Sequence record: NZ_CP033968.1
Origin: a plasmid
Direction: 5' to 3' (one strand)
Length of the DNA stretch: 64,000 nucleotides
Under the pieces are notes generated by a model that was not told the DNA's origin, ran no database searches, and saw nothing but the letters and a program-made list of their open reading frames with translations. The position numbers were made by a program, and so were the translations under genes. Positions 19,365-29,708 of the stretch are shown one piece after another. Positions within the stretch are counted from its first letter, which is position 1. Each line of letters starts with the position of its first letter.

Positions 19365-20049
19365 TGGCTGGGCTGGCACGGCCATCGCTCAGTCGCTCTC
19401 GCTACCACCCGAAGCCGAGATCCAGACAGAAATGGCCAAGCACCGAGAAGAGGCGGCAGCAGTCCTTGGACAGAACATCAAGCCGGTGAAGCCGGGTACG
19501 TTCAAGGTCGAGGTCCCCACGATTAAGGCACCGCCGCCAGTGCGAACGCAGAGTCTGGACGACATCATGCAGCAGTATGCAGAGGCCAAGAAGGGTGGCC
19601 CAGCACCGGCAAAGCGGGGGGCGAACGACCTCATCATCTTTGTCTCGTTCTCGATGCCAAAGCCCGTCCTTACTGAGCTGGCTCGACAGGCCAAGGAGAC
19701 GGGCGCCGTTATGGTGGTCCGCGGTTTCAAGGACGGGTCGCTCAAAGCAACCAAGCTCGCCGCGCTCGAAGTCAACCGAGCGGGCGCCCCATGGGAGATC
19801 CATCCGGACCTCTTCAAGGCGTTCAAGGTAACCGCAGTGCCGACGTTTGTGGTTGCGAGTGCGGAGGCCGAATCCGTGCTTGAGGACGGCTGCTCGCCGG
19901 AGACAGCCTACTCTGCGGTGGCCGGCAACATGTCCGTCGAGCTAGCCCTGGACACGATCCGCCGGCGGGCGCAGCCAACGATCGCAAAGCTCGCTGAGAA
20001 CCGCCTCGCGGCCATCCGAGCCAAGAATCAGCCCGGCACATTGCGATGA
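19315..20049 (+). CDS. trbC: F-type pilin assembly protein TrbC-like
   Basis: Signal peptide. Position after traU as in F. Internal Met chosen (the ORF track starts at 19096, inside traU). Confidence 0.55.
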   Translation: MRYSANVIAAAALLLANGWAGTAIAQSLSLPPEAEIQTEMAKHREEAAAVLGQNIKPVKPGTFKVEVPTIKAPPPVRTQSLDDIMQQYAEAKKGGPAPAKRGANDLIIFVSFSMPKPVLTELARQAKETGAVMVVRGFKDGSLKATKLAALEVNRAGAPWEIHPDLFKAFKVTAVPTFVVASAEAESVLEDGCSPETAYSAVAGNMSVELALDTIRRRAQPTIAKLAENRLAAIRAKNQPGTLR

Positions 20050-20152
20050 ACGGGCCTTGCTGGCGGGACGGCACCGGTCCGACCGCCAGCGGGGCTTGAG
20101 CCCAGGACATCAGCCTCCAAACCCGGTTCTTGTGGTTACCAAGGAGAAAATT

Positions 20153-20926
20153 ATGCAGAAAATGCTTGGCATGGCCGTGGCCATGTCGACCCTATCCCTC
20201 TCCGCGATCGCCGGCGGTACTACGACGGTGAAATCGACTTTCCCGAACGTTGTACCTGTCGAGCAGGTTCGCCCGGCGGTCGAGCGCATCAATGGCGCCG
20301 ACGGGGTCAAACCCGGCGACACACGTACCGCCGCACCAGGTGCAAAGCTCATGGAGTTCACGGTCTCGACCAAGACGACCACGCCGCTCCTGGAGGTTGT
20401 CCGAGAGGTGAAGCTCGAGGCCGGCGACGCTTCCCTGTCCCTCAAGGCTGGCGCCCGCGTTGCGCCGGCGGCAAAGATCGTCGACAAGGAGGGGAGGACC
20501 TTCTATCTGGTCAAGGCCGCCCCTGAGAGCAGCTCGCTCTTCGCCCGGAATCGCTACTTCGCCATTACGGACACCGGCGCAGTACTCGAGAACGCACTGA
20601 AGGCGACGGGAGATACCTACGAGATGCAGGAACCTGTCTCGATCACCCCGGGCGACATGGTGATCACCAAGTCTCGGACGAGCGGGCCAGCACTCTGCGG
20701 CATCTCAACCGTATTCCTTGGCGCCAACGACGGCGTGGCGAAGTACCGCGTCCTTCGGACCGATGCTTCCGGCCGAATCCGCGGCTCGCGCGACTTGGCA
20801 TACATGAATGATCTGCGGCTGATTTCGATGGCCGGCACCCATCTCGCGATCGACAAGGTCGAGCCGAACTCGGTAAGTGTCCGTATCGTTGGCTCCACGC
20901 CGGCGGCCTGCAGTACCGCGATCTAG
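20153..20926 (+). CDS. secreted hypothetical protein
   Basis: RBS AAGGAGAAAATTATG and a signal peptide. Terminator downstream. Confidence 0.55.
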   Translation: MQKMLGMAVAMSTLSLSAIAGGTTTVKSTFPNVVPVEQVRPAVERINGADGVKPGDTRTAAPGAKLMEFTVSTKTTTPLLEVVREVKLEAGDASLSLKAGARVAPAAKIVDKEGRTFYLVKAAPESSSLFARNRYFAITDTGAVLENALKATGDTYEMQEPVSITPGDMVITKSRTSGPALCGISTVFLGANDGVAKYRVLRTDASGRIRGSRDLAYMNDLRLISMAGTHLAIDKVEPNSVSVRIVGSTPAACSTAI

Positions 20927-20970
20927 TTCCGACGACCACCACTCGAGCGCACCTGGAGGGCGAAAGTAAA

Positions 20971-21005
20971 AAGGCGGCACCGGTATCCGGGCCGCCTTTA
21001 TTTCT
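20971..21005 (+). terminator. rho-independent terminator
   Basis: GGCGGC-accggtatccgg-GCCGCC hairpin followed by TTTATTTCT. Confidence 0.55.
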
Positions 21006-21252
21006 ATGTTCCACGCGACTCAGCAGCTCGCGCGGCCAGGCGTGTGAACACCTCGGCCATTTGATTGAGCACGCGCTGATCGCTGGGAATCTGCATGAGG
21101 CATCGCGCAGGCACCCCGCGCGACGTCAAAGGCTGCATTTCAATGTAGCCGTCGAGGTCACGGATCAGAAGGCCGCTTGTTTTGACCTCTCCATTACGAC
21201 CCAGGCACAATTCCAGCGACTCAAACTTCACCTCTTGCTCTTGAACTTGCAT
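21004..21252 (-). CDS. small hypothetical protein
   Basis: ORF with an internal Met start (MQVQEQ...). Confidence 0.35.
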   Translation of the reverse strand: MQVQEQEVKFESLELCLGRNGEVKTSGLLIRDLDGYIEMQPLTSRGVPARCLMQIPSDQRVLNQMAEVFTRLAARAAESRGT

Positions 21253-21377
21253 GACGATACTCCGGACATTGGTTGAGTGTGCATTTGCATTGCCCTTTGG
21301 TATGGCACGCAATGACGCGTAAGAAAAAGGGTCCGCATCGATAGACGCGGACCCTTTCTGTGCAGTTGATTCCGATA

Positions 21378-21704
21378 CTAGTGGCCGTCGTGGCTATTCA
21401 CGGACAGCGCCGGAAGGGCGGCGGTGTCAAACACCCCGGCCTCCTCGCGGCTTTGCTCCAGTCGCTCGCGCGTGGCCTTCCATTCCTGGTCGGTCATGCG
21501 TTGACGGTGCTTGGTCCGAACTTCACCATTGAGAACATGACGGAAACGGACGATGAAGTATCCGGGCGTGACGCTCGGCGTTCCTTCATACTCATAGATG
21601 TTGAAGCCCTTGGGGTCTTTCCCTGTGGTCGACACGGTCTGAGAACGAAAGAGACGGTTCACAAACGCCAGTGCGGCGAGTTTGAGGATATGCAGGATTG
21701 CCAT
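21378..21704 (-). CDS. hypothetical protein, 108 aa
   Basis: RBS AGGAGATCAAACATG. Hairpin terminator downstream at 21330-21357. Confidence 0.45.
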   Translation of the reverse strand: MAILHILKLAALAFVNRLFRSQTVSTTGKDPKGFNIYEYEGTPSVTPGYFIVRFRHVLNGEVRTKHRQRMTDQEWKATRERLEQSREEAGVFDTAALPALSVNSHDGH

Positions 21705-21763
21705 GTTTGATCTCCTAGTGGATGTCGGACCCTTGCGATGACCTGACATAGGGGAGATGGAGA

Positions 21764-22078
21764 TCATGAGAGCGGAAGAGCCTCCTGCTGCGATGGTGGG
21801 TCCCGTCGTTGCGCGACGGGCTCCCCAAGGCAATTCCACAGACGAACGTTGCCGTTTGCAGCAAACTGGACTTCAGCCGGTATCACGGCCAGAATCCGCG
21901 CATCCGATGAGCCCTCCATTTCGCGCATGGCCAGCGTCTCGGTGGCATGGAAGTTGATCAGACCCCAGTCCTGTACTTCGAAACGCCGTCCTGCCAGAGC
22001 AAAACCGACCTCCATTCGGCGTCCAATACCCTTCAACTCGGTCTCAAAGGCTTTCCGAGCTTGCTGTTGATGATTCAT
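21764..22078 (-). CDS. hypothetical protein, 104 aa
   Basis: ORF with an internal Met start (MNHQQQ...). Confidence 0.4.
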   Translation of the reverse strand: MNHQQQARKAFETELKGIGRRMEVGFALAGRRFEVQDWGLINFHATETLAMREMEGSSDARILAVIPAEVQFAANGNVRLWNCLGEPVAQRRDPPSQQEALPLS

Positions 22079-22216
22079 GTCAGATCTCCATTCTGGGTTG
22101 ATTTGCGATCGGATATGCGTCACAGCAAGTAGTAGGGCCTTCACGGACGCGTGCTGCCGGCAAAAGAAAAGCCCGCGATGCGGGCTGAGAAGAGTCGGCG
22201 GGAGGAGGAGGGCGGC

Positions 22217-22642
22217 TTAGATGAACGTGCTATCTCCCTGGTTGCCATCGTCTGCATACCCCTGCTCTTGGGGGGGCGGACCGTCATCGTGTCCGTCCGC
22301 GCCCCCTTGCCGGCCGCCCAGCATTTGCATTTGGTCCGCAATGATCTCGGTGCTGTACTTGTCCTGGCCAGACTGATCCTGCCACTTCCGCGTGCGGATG
22401 CGGCCTTCGATGTAGACCGACGAACCCTTCCGCAGGTACTGACCTGCAATGTCAGCCAGCTTCCCGAAAAAGGCGACACGGTGCCATTCGGTGGCTTCCT
22501 TGAACTCGCCAGACTGCTTGTCCTTGTAGCGGTCGGTCGTCGCCAGCCGGATATTGGTCACGGCATCGCCGCTGGGCATGTAGCGGGTTTCCGGGTCCGC
22601 ACCGAGGTTCCCGACCAGAATCACCTTGTTTACCGATGCCAT
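22217..22642 (-). CDS. ssb: single-stranded DNA-binding protein
   Basis: OB-fold SSB N-terminus ([28 protein letters not shown]...), Gly/Gln-rich linker and an acidic C-terminal tail. Confidence 0.85.
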   Translation of the reverse strand: MASVNKVILVGNLGADPETRYMPSGDAVTNIRLATTDRYKDKQSGEFKEATEWHRVAFFGKLADIAGQYLRKGSSVYIEGRIRTRKWQDQSGQDKYSTEIIADQMQMLGGRQGGADGHDDGPPPQEQGYADDGNQGDSTFI

Positions 22643-22800
22643 CAAACGCTTCCTTTCAATACCCCCAGTCGGAGGCTCAACGACGAATTGAGTGATGGTG
22701 CATTCCTGACTTCCCACCACCCGCTATGACCAGCAGCTCGCTCATGCGCTGCCACCGATGTCCGGCCTCTGGTGCCCCCGGGCATTGCTGCCCGCCGCGG

Positions 22801-23706
22801 TCACTCTGCAACGTACTCCGCTTCGCCTCCCAGGCTCTCTATGAGATCCGGGAGAAAACGTGACAGCTCACCTGTCATGATGGCAAAAGAGGACTGGAAC
22901 ACGGCCTCAGCGTCCTCCCCATCGAGATTGACCTCTCCCATCACGGCGTCGAGGAACGCAATCCGCTTAACCTGGCACTTATCTGTGAGGATGAAGCTAA
23001 CGCGGTCAGTCCACGTCATCGCCAGCTTGGTGGGACGCTTTCCCTCGAGGATGTGCTGCCGGATCTCGTCTCGCTCCAAAGAAAGGCGCGTGTACTTGAC
23101 CGTTGGCTTCTCTGCGTCTGTGCCCTTCAGCTCGCACTCGCGATCGACCGTGAAGTTGTACGGTGCTTCGTTCGAGGTTAGCCAGTCGGACATCGCCTGG
23201 GCCGGCGAGAGATTCGTTTGGGCCAGCGCGATCGGGATCGTTTCAGCCGTTCGAATCAGATCGCTAACCACGTCGTCGGCCTTGGACGGAGTCGAGGTAT
23301 CCATCGCGACCCATCCATCGGCGGCATTGATCCACACCTGAATCGTCGCCTGCTTTGGGAATGCCCGTGGCAATAGCTCCGTGAGGGCCTGCTCTTTCAT
23401 CTCCTTGAGCACCTTGCGGCCCGGCTTATAGCCGTTTCGCTCCTCATACTCACGTGCCCGTTGCTCGACCAACTTCCGGATGGCCTCCCCGGGCACCGAT
23501 TTCGTCTCAATGCGGAGGGCAACCAACCACTGCTTCCCATGGGCATGAACAAGCGGGCCATTGTCCCGCGGGCTGACCCAACCGGATGACTTCATATCCT
23601 GGCTGCCGCATGGATGAAATGGCCGCTTCTTCAGCAAGGCTTCGAGGCCGTCTGATGTCATGGGCCAATCCTTGGTCAGGCGGTAAAGGTGCAGGTTTGA
23701 GAACAA
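22801..23706 (-). CDS. rdgC: recombination-associated protein RdgC
   Basis: 301 aa. N-terminus MFSNLHLYRL typical of RdgC. Confidence 0.75.
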   Translation of the reverse strand: MFSNLHLYRLTKDWPMTSDGLEALLKKRPFHPCGSQDMKSSGWVSPRDNGPLVHAHGKQWLVALRIETKSVPGEAIRKLVEQRAREYEERNGYKPGRKVLKEMKEQALTELLPRAFPKQATIQVWINAADGWVAMDTSTPSKADDVVSDLIRTAETIPIALAQTNLSPAQAMSDWLTSNEAPYNFTVDRECELKGTDAEKPTVKYTRLSLERDEIRQHILEGKRPTKLAMTWTDRVSFILTDKCQVKRIAFLDAVMGEVNLDGEDAEAVFQSSFAIMTGELSRFLPDLIESLGGEAEYVAE

Positions 23707-23790
23707 GGACTCTCCTCTGAATGGTGACTCTGCAGCTGTGTTGATGCGGCCCGCCGGCGGGGAACAGCCGGGTGCCGGCGAGACGTCAGC

Positions 23791-24117
23791 TTAGATGGGC
23801 GATTGGCCAGGCGGCGAGCCGGGAAGGGCCAGGATGGCGGGGGGCAAGCGCCCGAGCTCGGCCGCGGTCAGCTGGTCCACGGAAAGACCGAGGCGCAGTG
23901 CCGCGGCAACCGCAGACTCCTTGTGCGCAAACCGCATTTGGCGGTGCGACCTACCGATCGCAATCCAGCGGCATTGCTCGTCTGTTATCGTGCCAACTCC
24001 GTCACATTGCGGGCAGGGAGCCGTTCTTGTCAGACGGAGCCTTCCCGTAGAGTCCGTAACGAAACCGCTCACCCGCTTCTTGCCCTCACACGAGGGACAG
24101 GAATGATGTATGTCCAT
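23791..24117 (-). CDS. zinc-finger hypothetical protein
   Basis: CPSCEG...CPQCDG motifs. Confidence 0.45.
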   Translation of the reverse strand: MDIHHSCPSCEGKKRVSGFVTDSTGRLRLTRTAPCPQCDGVGTITDEQCRWIAIGRSHRQMRFAHKESAVAAALRLGLSVDQLTAAELGRLPPAILALPGSPPGQSPI

Positions 24118-24255
24118 AGGCTCGGTCCCTGGTCAATTCGGCGCTCGCAATCGCATCGTCACGCCATATCACGTATGCATACCTTCATTGTATCTTAATG
24201 ACGCAAAACACAGGCGTGCAATATGTTGTCTGGTAGCCTCAGTGACCACAAAAAA

Positions 24256-24295
24256 GGCAAGGCCCCTCGACATCTCACTGTCGAGGGGCCTTGCC
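24256..24295 (-). terminator. perfect 17-bp-arm hairpin (likely terminator)
   Basis: GGCAAGGCCCCTCGACA-tctcac-TGTCGAGGGGCCTTGCC, downstream of the small minus-strand gene that ends at 24415. Confidence 0.5.
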
Positions 24296-24414
24296 CACTT
24301 CACGGTTCGAGAGCGTCCCCTCGATGTCGCACCGTTGGCGTTTCAGTTCAACCTGTTACCCCGTCCGGAACGCACCTGACACGAGGGTATGAAACGCTTA
24401 TTCTGATAAAGCTC

Positions 24415-24618
24415 TCACACCCTCAAAAGGGCAGCGTACGCCTGATCATTCATGACATTCACCATGTCGACCGCTGCGGATTCGTCCACCGCAAGTACTC
24501 GGACCGTCTCGACCAGATCGAGGCCGCGATCGACAACGACGTGATGCGGCACCTCCTCGAGCTCTGCTGAGCATCGCACTCGCATTGCAACCGCCTGTAC
24601 CGCGCATCGATAGTCCAT
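24415..24618 (-). CDS. small hypothetical protein (67 aa), possible regulator
   Basis: Strong RBS GAAGGAGGTCGAAACCATG. Divergent from the primase, with a near-palindrome in the shared promoter region. Confidence 0.4.
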   Translation of the reverse strand: MDYRCAVQAVAMRVRCSAELEEVPHHVVVDRGLDLVETVRVLAVDESAAVDMVNVMNDQAYAALLRV

Positions 24619-24808
24619 GGTTTCGACCTCCTTCAATTGTTTCTTGACCAAACCCCACTAAGTGGGTTTCTGTAACACGTAACCATAAATCTATCGGCCA
24701 TCACCGGACAAGGGAAATTGCCCCGGGGTAGCGGCGACCCAAATGGCCCCCTTATGGACCTGCGTGATTCATCTCCTGGCATCAAGGAATTTCATCAGGA
24801 GCATCCAG

Positions 24809-25858
24809 ATGGCTAACAGCAATTCAAAGGACTGGAAAGTCGATTTCTCCAAGGTGCGCAAGGATTTCCCTCTCGATTGGGTCTTCGAGCGCATGCTTGG
24901 TGCAATCCCCAAGCCCATGAGCGGCACGATCCGTTACTCGATCTGCCCGAATCCGGAATGCGGTGCGTCTTCCGAAGGTTCGGTGAAGGTGAGTGTGAAG
25001 GACGACACGTGGAAGTGCTTCGCGTGCAACAAGCACGGTGACGTGATTGAAGCTGCTTCTCTGTACTTGGGTAAGTCTCCCCTCGAGACTGCGCTGGAGC
25101 TCAGTGGTGCTGACGCGAACGCTATCCGTTCGTACACGCCCCCAAAGCCGAAGCCAGCGATCGAGAGGGATGACTCGGCTCTTGAAGAAGTCTTCTCCAA
25201 GCTTGTTGCTGCGCTGCCCGAACCGTCTCGCGATGGTATCGAGTACCTTGCCGGTCGAGGAATCTCGCCGGAGATCACTCGAACCGCCTGTCGAAAGGGC
25301 ATCCTTCTGACGCTTCCGTCAAACCCAAAGGAAGCCAAGGAGTTCCTACTTCACCACATTGGCCAGGGCCTCATGACGAGAGCCGGCTTGTGGAAGGAAG
25401 GATCAAAAGCGCCTGCAGCAGCTTTCCGTCCTCTGGTTCTGGTGTCGAACAACCGGAGGGCTGCGGAGTTTCGTTACTTGCGTGCGACGCGATCCGACGA
25501 GGTCAAATCGCTACGCTACGGAACGATTGCTCCGTGGGGATGGCTTGGTGAATCGAAGCAACGCATTTTGATCACCGAGGGCTGCATCGACTTGCTGTCT
25601 GCTGTCGCACTGGGTACGAAGCGAAGCATAATGGGCCTGCCAGGCTGCGAAAACTGGCGCCCAGAATGGTTCGAAACGTTCCGCGGAGCAGACGTTTTGG
25701 CTGCATTTGACGATGATGATGCAGGGCGAACCGCGTTGGAGAAAATCCGACCTGTCCTGGAGGCTGCAGTTGGCGGACCGATCGGTACGTACACGCTGCC
25801 ACCTGGCGCGAAGGATCTCAACGAGGAGCTCAAGCTCAAACTCGGTCTAAAAATGTAG
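24809..25858 (+). CDS. DNA primase-like protein (CHC2 zinc finger + Toprim)
   Basis: CPNPECG...CFACNKHGD zinc finger, and a Toprim region (ILITEGCIDLLS ... VLAAFDDDDAG). Confidence 0.7.
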   Translation: MANSNSKDWKVDFSKVRKDFPLDWVFERMLGAIPKPMSGTIRYSICPNPECGASSEGSVKVSVKDDTWKCFACNKHGDVIEAASLYLGKSPLETALELSGADANAIRSYTPPKPKPAIERDDSALEEVFSKLVAALPEPSRDGIEYLAGRGISPEITRTACRKGILLTLPSNPKEAKEFLLHHIGQGLMTRAGLWKEGSKAPAAAFRPLVLVSNNRRAAEFRYLRATRSDEVKSLRYGTIAPWGWLGESKQRILITEGCIDLLSAVALGTKRSIMGLPGCENWRPEWFETFRGADVLAAFDDDDAGRTALEKIRPVLEAAVGGPIGTYTLPPGAKDLNEELKLKLGLKM

Positions 25859-25865
25859 TCCCCCA

Positions 25866-25899
25866 AACCCGGCTCCCCCGCCGGGTTTTTTCTTTTTTG
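25866..25899 (+). terminator. rho-independent terminator
   Basis: CCCGGC-tccccc-GCCGGG hairpin followed by TTTTTTCTTTTTT. Confidence 0.6.
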
Positions 25900-26024
25900 T
25901 ACGCCACTTGTAGCAATACAGCTACGCCAATATTCCACATACGCGTTAGACTAGCATCCTGCTTTACCAACGGGCGGGAAGGCTTGACGGCCAACAAGAG
26001 CCCCCAGCATTTGGAGTTCATTCT

Positions 26025-26573
26025 TTGGACAGACGGCGATTTCTTACTTGCACAGCCGGCGCGTTGATCGCCACGTGCACCGACCCACTATTTGCACGGA
26101 CGGACCCGCATTTCTGGGAGCGCCCGAGGCGCCTCTGGATCAAGACGGAGGTTCGTAAGGGAGTCATCGAGGAGATCAGCGAGACATACTGGGCCAACGG
26201 CCGCGTGGTGTGGCCAGGCTACCTCGCTATCTGCCGCCTGATGCGCGATGTACGTGCCGACGCCGCAGTTCAGATGAGTACCACACTGCTCGATATTCTC
26301 TATGGAATGCAAGGCTGGACGGAAATGAACGGACGTCGCAAGGTAATCGCACTGACCTCGGGCTACCGCACTAAGCCCACCAATGAGGCCGTCGGCGGGA
26401 AGGGTGACTCCAGGCACATGAAGGGCGCCGCTGCGGATATCTTTATCCCCGGCGTCTCCGTTGCTGACATGGGCAAGCTCGCTCAGCATTTGCGGGGGGG
26501 CGGAGTTGGCTTCTACCCGTCAAAAGGCGTCGTCCACGTCGATGACGGCGATCTGCGCTCGTGGCGCTCATGA
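26025..26573 (+). CDS. Tat-secreted DUF882/peptidase M15A-family protein (YcbK-like)
   Basis: Twin-arginine signal RRRFLT. Metal-binding motifs SGYRT...DSRHMKGAAADI...GGGVGFY...VHVD characteristic of DUF882. Confidence 0.7.
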   Translation: MDRRRFLTCTAGALIATCTDPLFARTDPHFWERPRRLWIKTEVRKGVIEEISETYWANGRVVWPGYLAICRLMRDVRADAAVQMSTTLLDILYGMQGWTEMNGRRKVIALTSGYRTKPTNEAVGGKGDSRHMKGAAADIFIPGVSVADMGKLAQHLRGGGVGFYPSKGVVHVDDGDLRSWRS

Positions 26574-26784
26574 TCCGGGAATAACACGCATAAATACGCT
26601 TGTAGTATCGTTTCGATTCATTTAGTATTGCACCCATTGCTTGGCCTGACGGCCGAGTGAGACGTGCAGTAGCAGTTTGGGGATCGTGACTGTTCCCTCC
26701 AATGGCCTCTCTACCTGACCCCTGAGTAGGCTTTTCTCCCGACCAGCTCCCCTCCCGAGAGCTGGTTTTTTTTTGGTGCTCCCG

Positions 26785-26817
26785 GCGCGAAAAAAACAAA
26801 GGCCGCCAAGGGCGGCC
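26785..26817 (-). terminator. rho-independent terminator for the minus-strand gene ending at 26843
   Basis: GGCCGCC-aag-GGCGGCC hairpin followed, on the minus strand, by TTTGTTTTTTT. Confidence 0.55.
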
Positions 26818-26842
26818 GGCTTATGTTGAGTCTAGCCCGGAG

Positions 26843-27736
26843 CTAGTACAGCTTCGACCAGGAGATCTGATTCGCCAGCGGCCGGTACGGGGTAGCCGAC
26901 AGATCGATCGCCCTCAGCGTAGGGTTCCGGCCGGTGAGGTACCAGTTGTCGTTCTGTTGCGACATCAAGTACCTTTCGGCCATCTGCTGCAGCGCCCGGC
27001 GATATCGGTCCACGTTCTCGCCACCGGACGCCTCCTCGAGAAGGGCGGCCGACCGGATTCCCGGCTGCAACCACGCTGCCCGCGCCAGCATGTAGCCTTC
27101 GTCTCCCGCGACGATGTAGATCTCCCCCTCGACGGCATCAGGCACTGGATCGATCATGAAGGGGAACTCCACGGGCAGGACCAGCCAGCGACGCCAAAAC
27201 TCATAGTGAATTCGCAGTCGAAGGACATCCTTGCGCGTCCCCAGCGTTTCGCAGCACCGCTCAAAGTTCACTTCACCCAGCGTGCGCCCGAACAGCCACT
27301 GTGCCGCCTTCACCAGTTGATCTGGCTTAGTCCGTTTGTCGAACAAAGCCTCAACGTTCGCCTTGACGATCCGGTAGCAGAGACGTTCCACGCCCTCCTC
27401 AAAGTCCTCCTCTGTCAGGTTCCTCAGGTAATCTTCTTTCCGCCGTTTTTGGGTCGTTCCAGCGTTGGGAATACTACTGAGTGCGGCGAGAGCAAGTTCT
27501 TCGCTAAAAGGACGTGCGAGTCCAGCAGCTTCTTCATCCCCCACAGAAGCCATTTCGCCGTCGCCGTCAGAATCGCTAAGATCGAAGGCGTCAAGATCTT
27601 TGAAAAGATTGGAACAATCAAAGCTCTCAAGCCAGCGATGCACATCACGAGGGTCAGACAGATCGCCGCGATCACCAGAAACACCATCCAATCCGACGTG
27701 ATCATAGCCATTCTCCCAGTTTAGGTTTTCACTCAT
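26843..27736 (-). CDS. hypothetical acidic protein, 297 aa
   Basis: Long ORF with an Asp/Glu-rich N-terminal third. Confidence 0.5.
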   Translation of the reverse strand: MSENLNWENGYDHVGLDGVSGDRGDLSDPRDVHRWLESFDCSNLFKDLDAFDLSDSDGDGEMASVGDEEAAGLARPFSEELALAALSSIPNAGTTQKRRKEDYLRNLTEEDFEEGVERLCYRIVKANVEALFDKRTKPDQLVKAAQWLFGRTLGEVNFERCCETLGTRKDVLRLRIHYEFWRRWLVLPVEFPFMIDPVPDAVEGEIYIVAGDEGYMLARAAWLQPGIRSAALLEEASGGENVDRYRRALQQMAERYLMSQQNDNWYLTGRNPTLRAIDLSATPYRPLANQISWSKLY

Positions 27737-27833
27737 TTCATGCTCCGTACGTTGTGTTCAAGCCTTCCCGTCCAGTCGTTAGCGAGCGGGAGGGCCTGCT
27801 ACTCAATCCCTGTCCTTCCTTCGTATGCAGGGG

Positions 27834-29669
27834 CTACTCGTTCGCCAGTTCCTGACCGAAATCTCGCTTCCTCCCACCGCTGGGCACGCTGCTCCCGCCG
27901 AGGTACTTGTCGGCATTCTTGAAGAAGTCGGCACCTTCAACTTGGGGGCGTCGGAAGTGGTTGATGCGGAGTGGGCCAATCTCCCGCTGCAGTTTCTTGT
28001 CAATCGTGATCATGGGCACGCGAAGGTTGAAAACCGTATCTCCGCCGTACGTGACAATGCACTCACCCTTGCCAAGCGCTTTGAGATCGTCAGGAGAAAC
28101 CTTGTATTCTTCCTGTTCCCGCTGGCCCTCCGAGAATCCCGAACCTGCGCCAGCGCCACCTTCCGGAGTCATATTCAGCAACGGCGAGTTCGTACTCTGG
28201 TTCTGTGTCGCACTCAACGACTTGGCAATACCCGTTTGATAGCCAATGAGCTCCGCACACTCTTCCGCCGTCGCCTGTGTCCCCACTTTGAACATGATCT
28301 TCGTCCAGGTGTTGCCGATCACCATCTCCTTGAACTCATCGGAAACAGACTCAAGGTTGGCCATTGTTTGTACCGCAGGCCAGAGTGCGATGCGTGCGCT
28401 GCGTGACTGCTCGAATGGGCGGGCCAGGGATTGCACAGCGTAGCTACCTGCTTCATCCATGAAGACGAAGAAGGGAGGATTCGGGCGTTGGCTCTCAGGA
28501 AGTGCCTGCACCCAAGATATGGCGGTACGAAGATCACCGAGGAACATCTTCCCGAAGTTCGATGCCGCCTCGTTCTTTCCCATGGTCGGCAGTGCAACGT
28601 AGATGATCTTGTTGCTTTTGATCGCCTCGAAAAGATCGATCTCCGGTGTGTAGGTGTTCATGACCTTGCCGAAGCTACCGGTCCCGAACATATACATGCG
28701 GCCTCCAACTCCGCCGAAGGTCTCTCGCATCCGCTTGATGTCGACCATGTTCTCCAGCCCGGAGCCAGGTTTTCCACCACCCTTGTACTGTTCAAGGAAT
28801 AGCGACAGGTTCTTCGTAGCGTCGTGGTGGGGGCGCGTCTTTTTCAGCCGCGTCTCGAGCTCCTCCATCGCTCTGTGATTCATGAGCAGGATCGTGAAGT
28901 CGATGAAGTTGTAGGCTAGCCCGGCCGCCTGCATCGCGGCCACCAGGGTTGTAATGCCTTGGTTTGCGCTCTGCTTATAGTGGTCCGCCCCGGGATTCGA
29001 GTCGGTTGCCGGAATTAGCGAGAGGACACGCGCAGATACTTCGTCTGGCTCCCCGCGCAGAATAGGGCTGTACGTGTGGCTCTTGTCCGGATCACCGGGG
29101 TTGAGGATGAGCAAGTCCTGTTCGCGACCGCACGCGCAGCAGTACTGGTAGACCGTCTCCATGTCCTCTGCAGTCAACTTGCCGTCCATGAAAATCAGGC
29201 CGCCGCCCCGCTGGATCTGCTGAAACATCAGCAATCTGCCCATCACGGTCTTCCCCACGCCGGACTGGCCGCCGATGAAACCATGCCGCATCAAGTCGTC
29301 ATCTGGCAGATACACTGGCTTACCGGTATCTGTCGTGAAGCCCAGCAACAGACCATCCGGCTTGGTCAACGCCGCGGCTGACTGAATGCTGATCTTCGAT
29401 TCGAGGATGTTCTGTTGGCGCCAGAAGTCGAATAGCCGGGTGCCAAGGTATGTTGCGCCGGCGGCGCCAAGTGCCATTGGGACAGCCGCCGGTATGTTGG
29501 CAAAGTAGGGTGATGTCATCAAAGCGCCGGCGCCCATGGAACTGAGTGCGAGCGTGTCGCGTGTTCCGCCAAGCTTTGTCCGATAAATCTGATCAATGCT
29601 CATGAGAGCTGCCTCCATTTCCAGCGCACCTGCATCCTTTCCTGGTACCGGTGCGCATGCTTCGAGCAA
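27834..29669 (-). CDS. traD: type IV coupling protein TraD (VirD4-family)
   Basis: Walker A GGQSGVGKTV, an N-terminal hydrophobic segment and TraD/TraG-type ATPase architecture. A terminator hairpin lies just upstream of the start. Confidence 0.85.
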   Translation of the reverse strand: MLEACAPVPGKDAGALEMEAALMSIDQIYRTKLGGTRDTLALSSMGAGALMTSPYFANIPAAVPMALGAAGATYLGTRLFDFWRQQNILESKISIQSAAALTKPDGLLLGFTTDTGKPVYLPDDDLMRHGFIGGQSGVGKTVMGRLLMFQQIQRGGGLIFMDGKLTAEDMETVYQYCCACGREQDLLILNPGDPDKSHTYSPILRGEPDEVSARVLSLIPATDSNPGADHYKQSANQGITTLVAAMQAAGLAYNFIDFTILLMNHRAMEELETRLKKTRPHHDATKNLSLFLEQYKGGGKPGSGLENMVDIKRMRETFGGVGGRMYMFGTGSFGKVMNTYTPEIDLFEAIKSNKIIYVALPTMGKNEAASNFGKMFLGDLRTAISWVQALPESQRPNPPFFVFMDEAGSYAVQSLARPFEQSRSARIALWPAVQTMANLESVSDEFKEMVIGNTWTKIMFKVGTQATAEECAELIGYQTGIAKSLSATQNQSTNSPLLNMTPEGGAGAGSGFSEGQREQEEYKVSPDDLKALGKGECIVTYGGDTVFNLRVPMITIDKKLQREIGPLRINHFRRPQVEGADFFKNADKYLGGSSVPSGGRKRDFGQELANE

Positions 29670-29708
29670 AAAAGCCCCGGTGCGCGAGAAGCGACCGGGG
29701 GCAGTGGG

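Noticed and set aside
26574-26842. Possible tRNA or attachment site in the AT-richer intergenic region after the DUF882 gene.
   Set aside because: No tRNA-like T-arm (GTTCRANYC) or cloverleaf could be found by eye. It contains two hairpin terminators instead.
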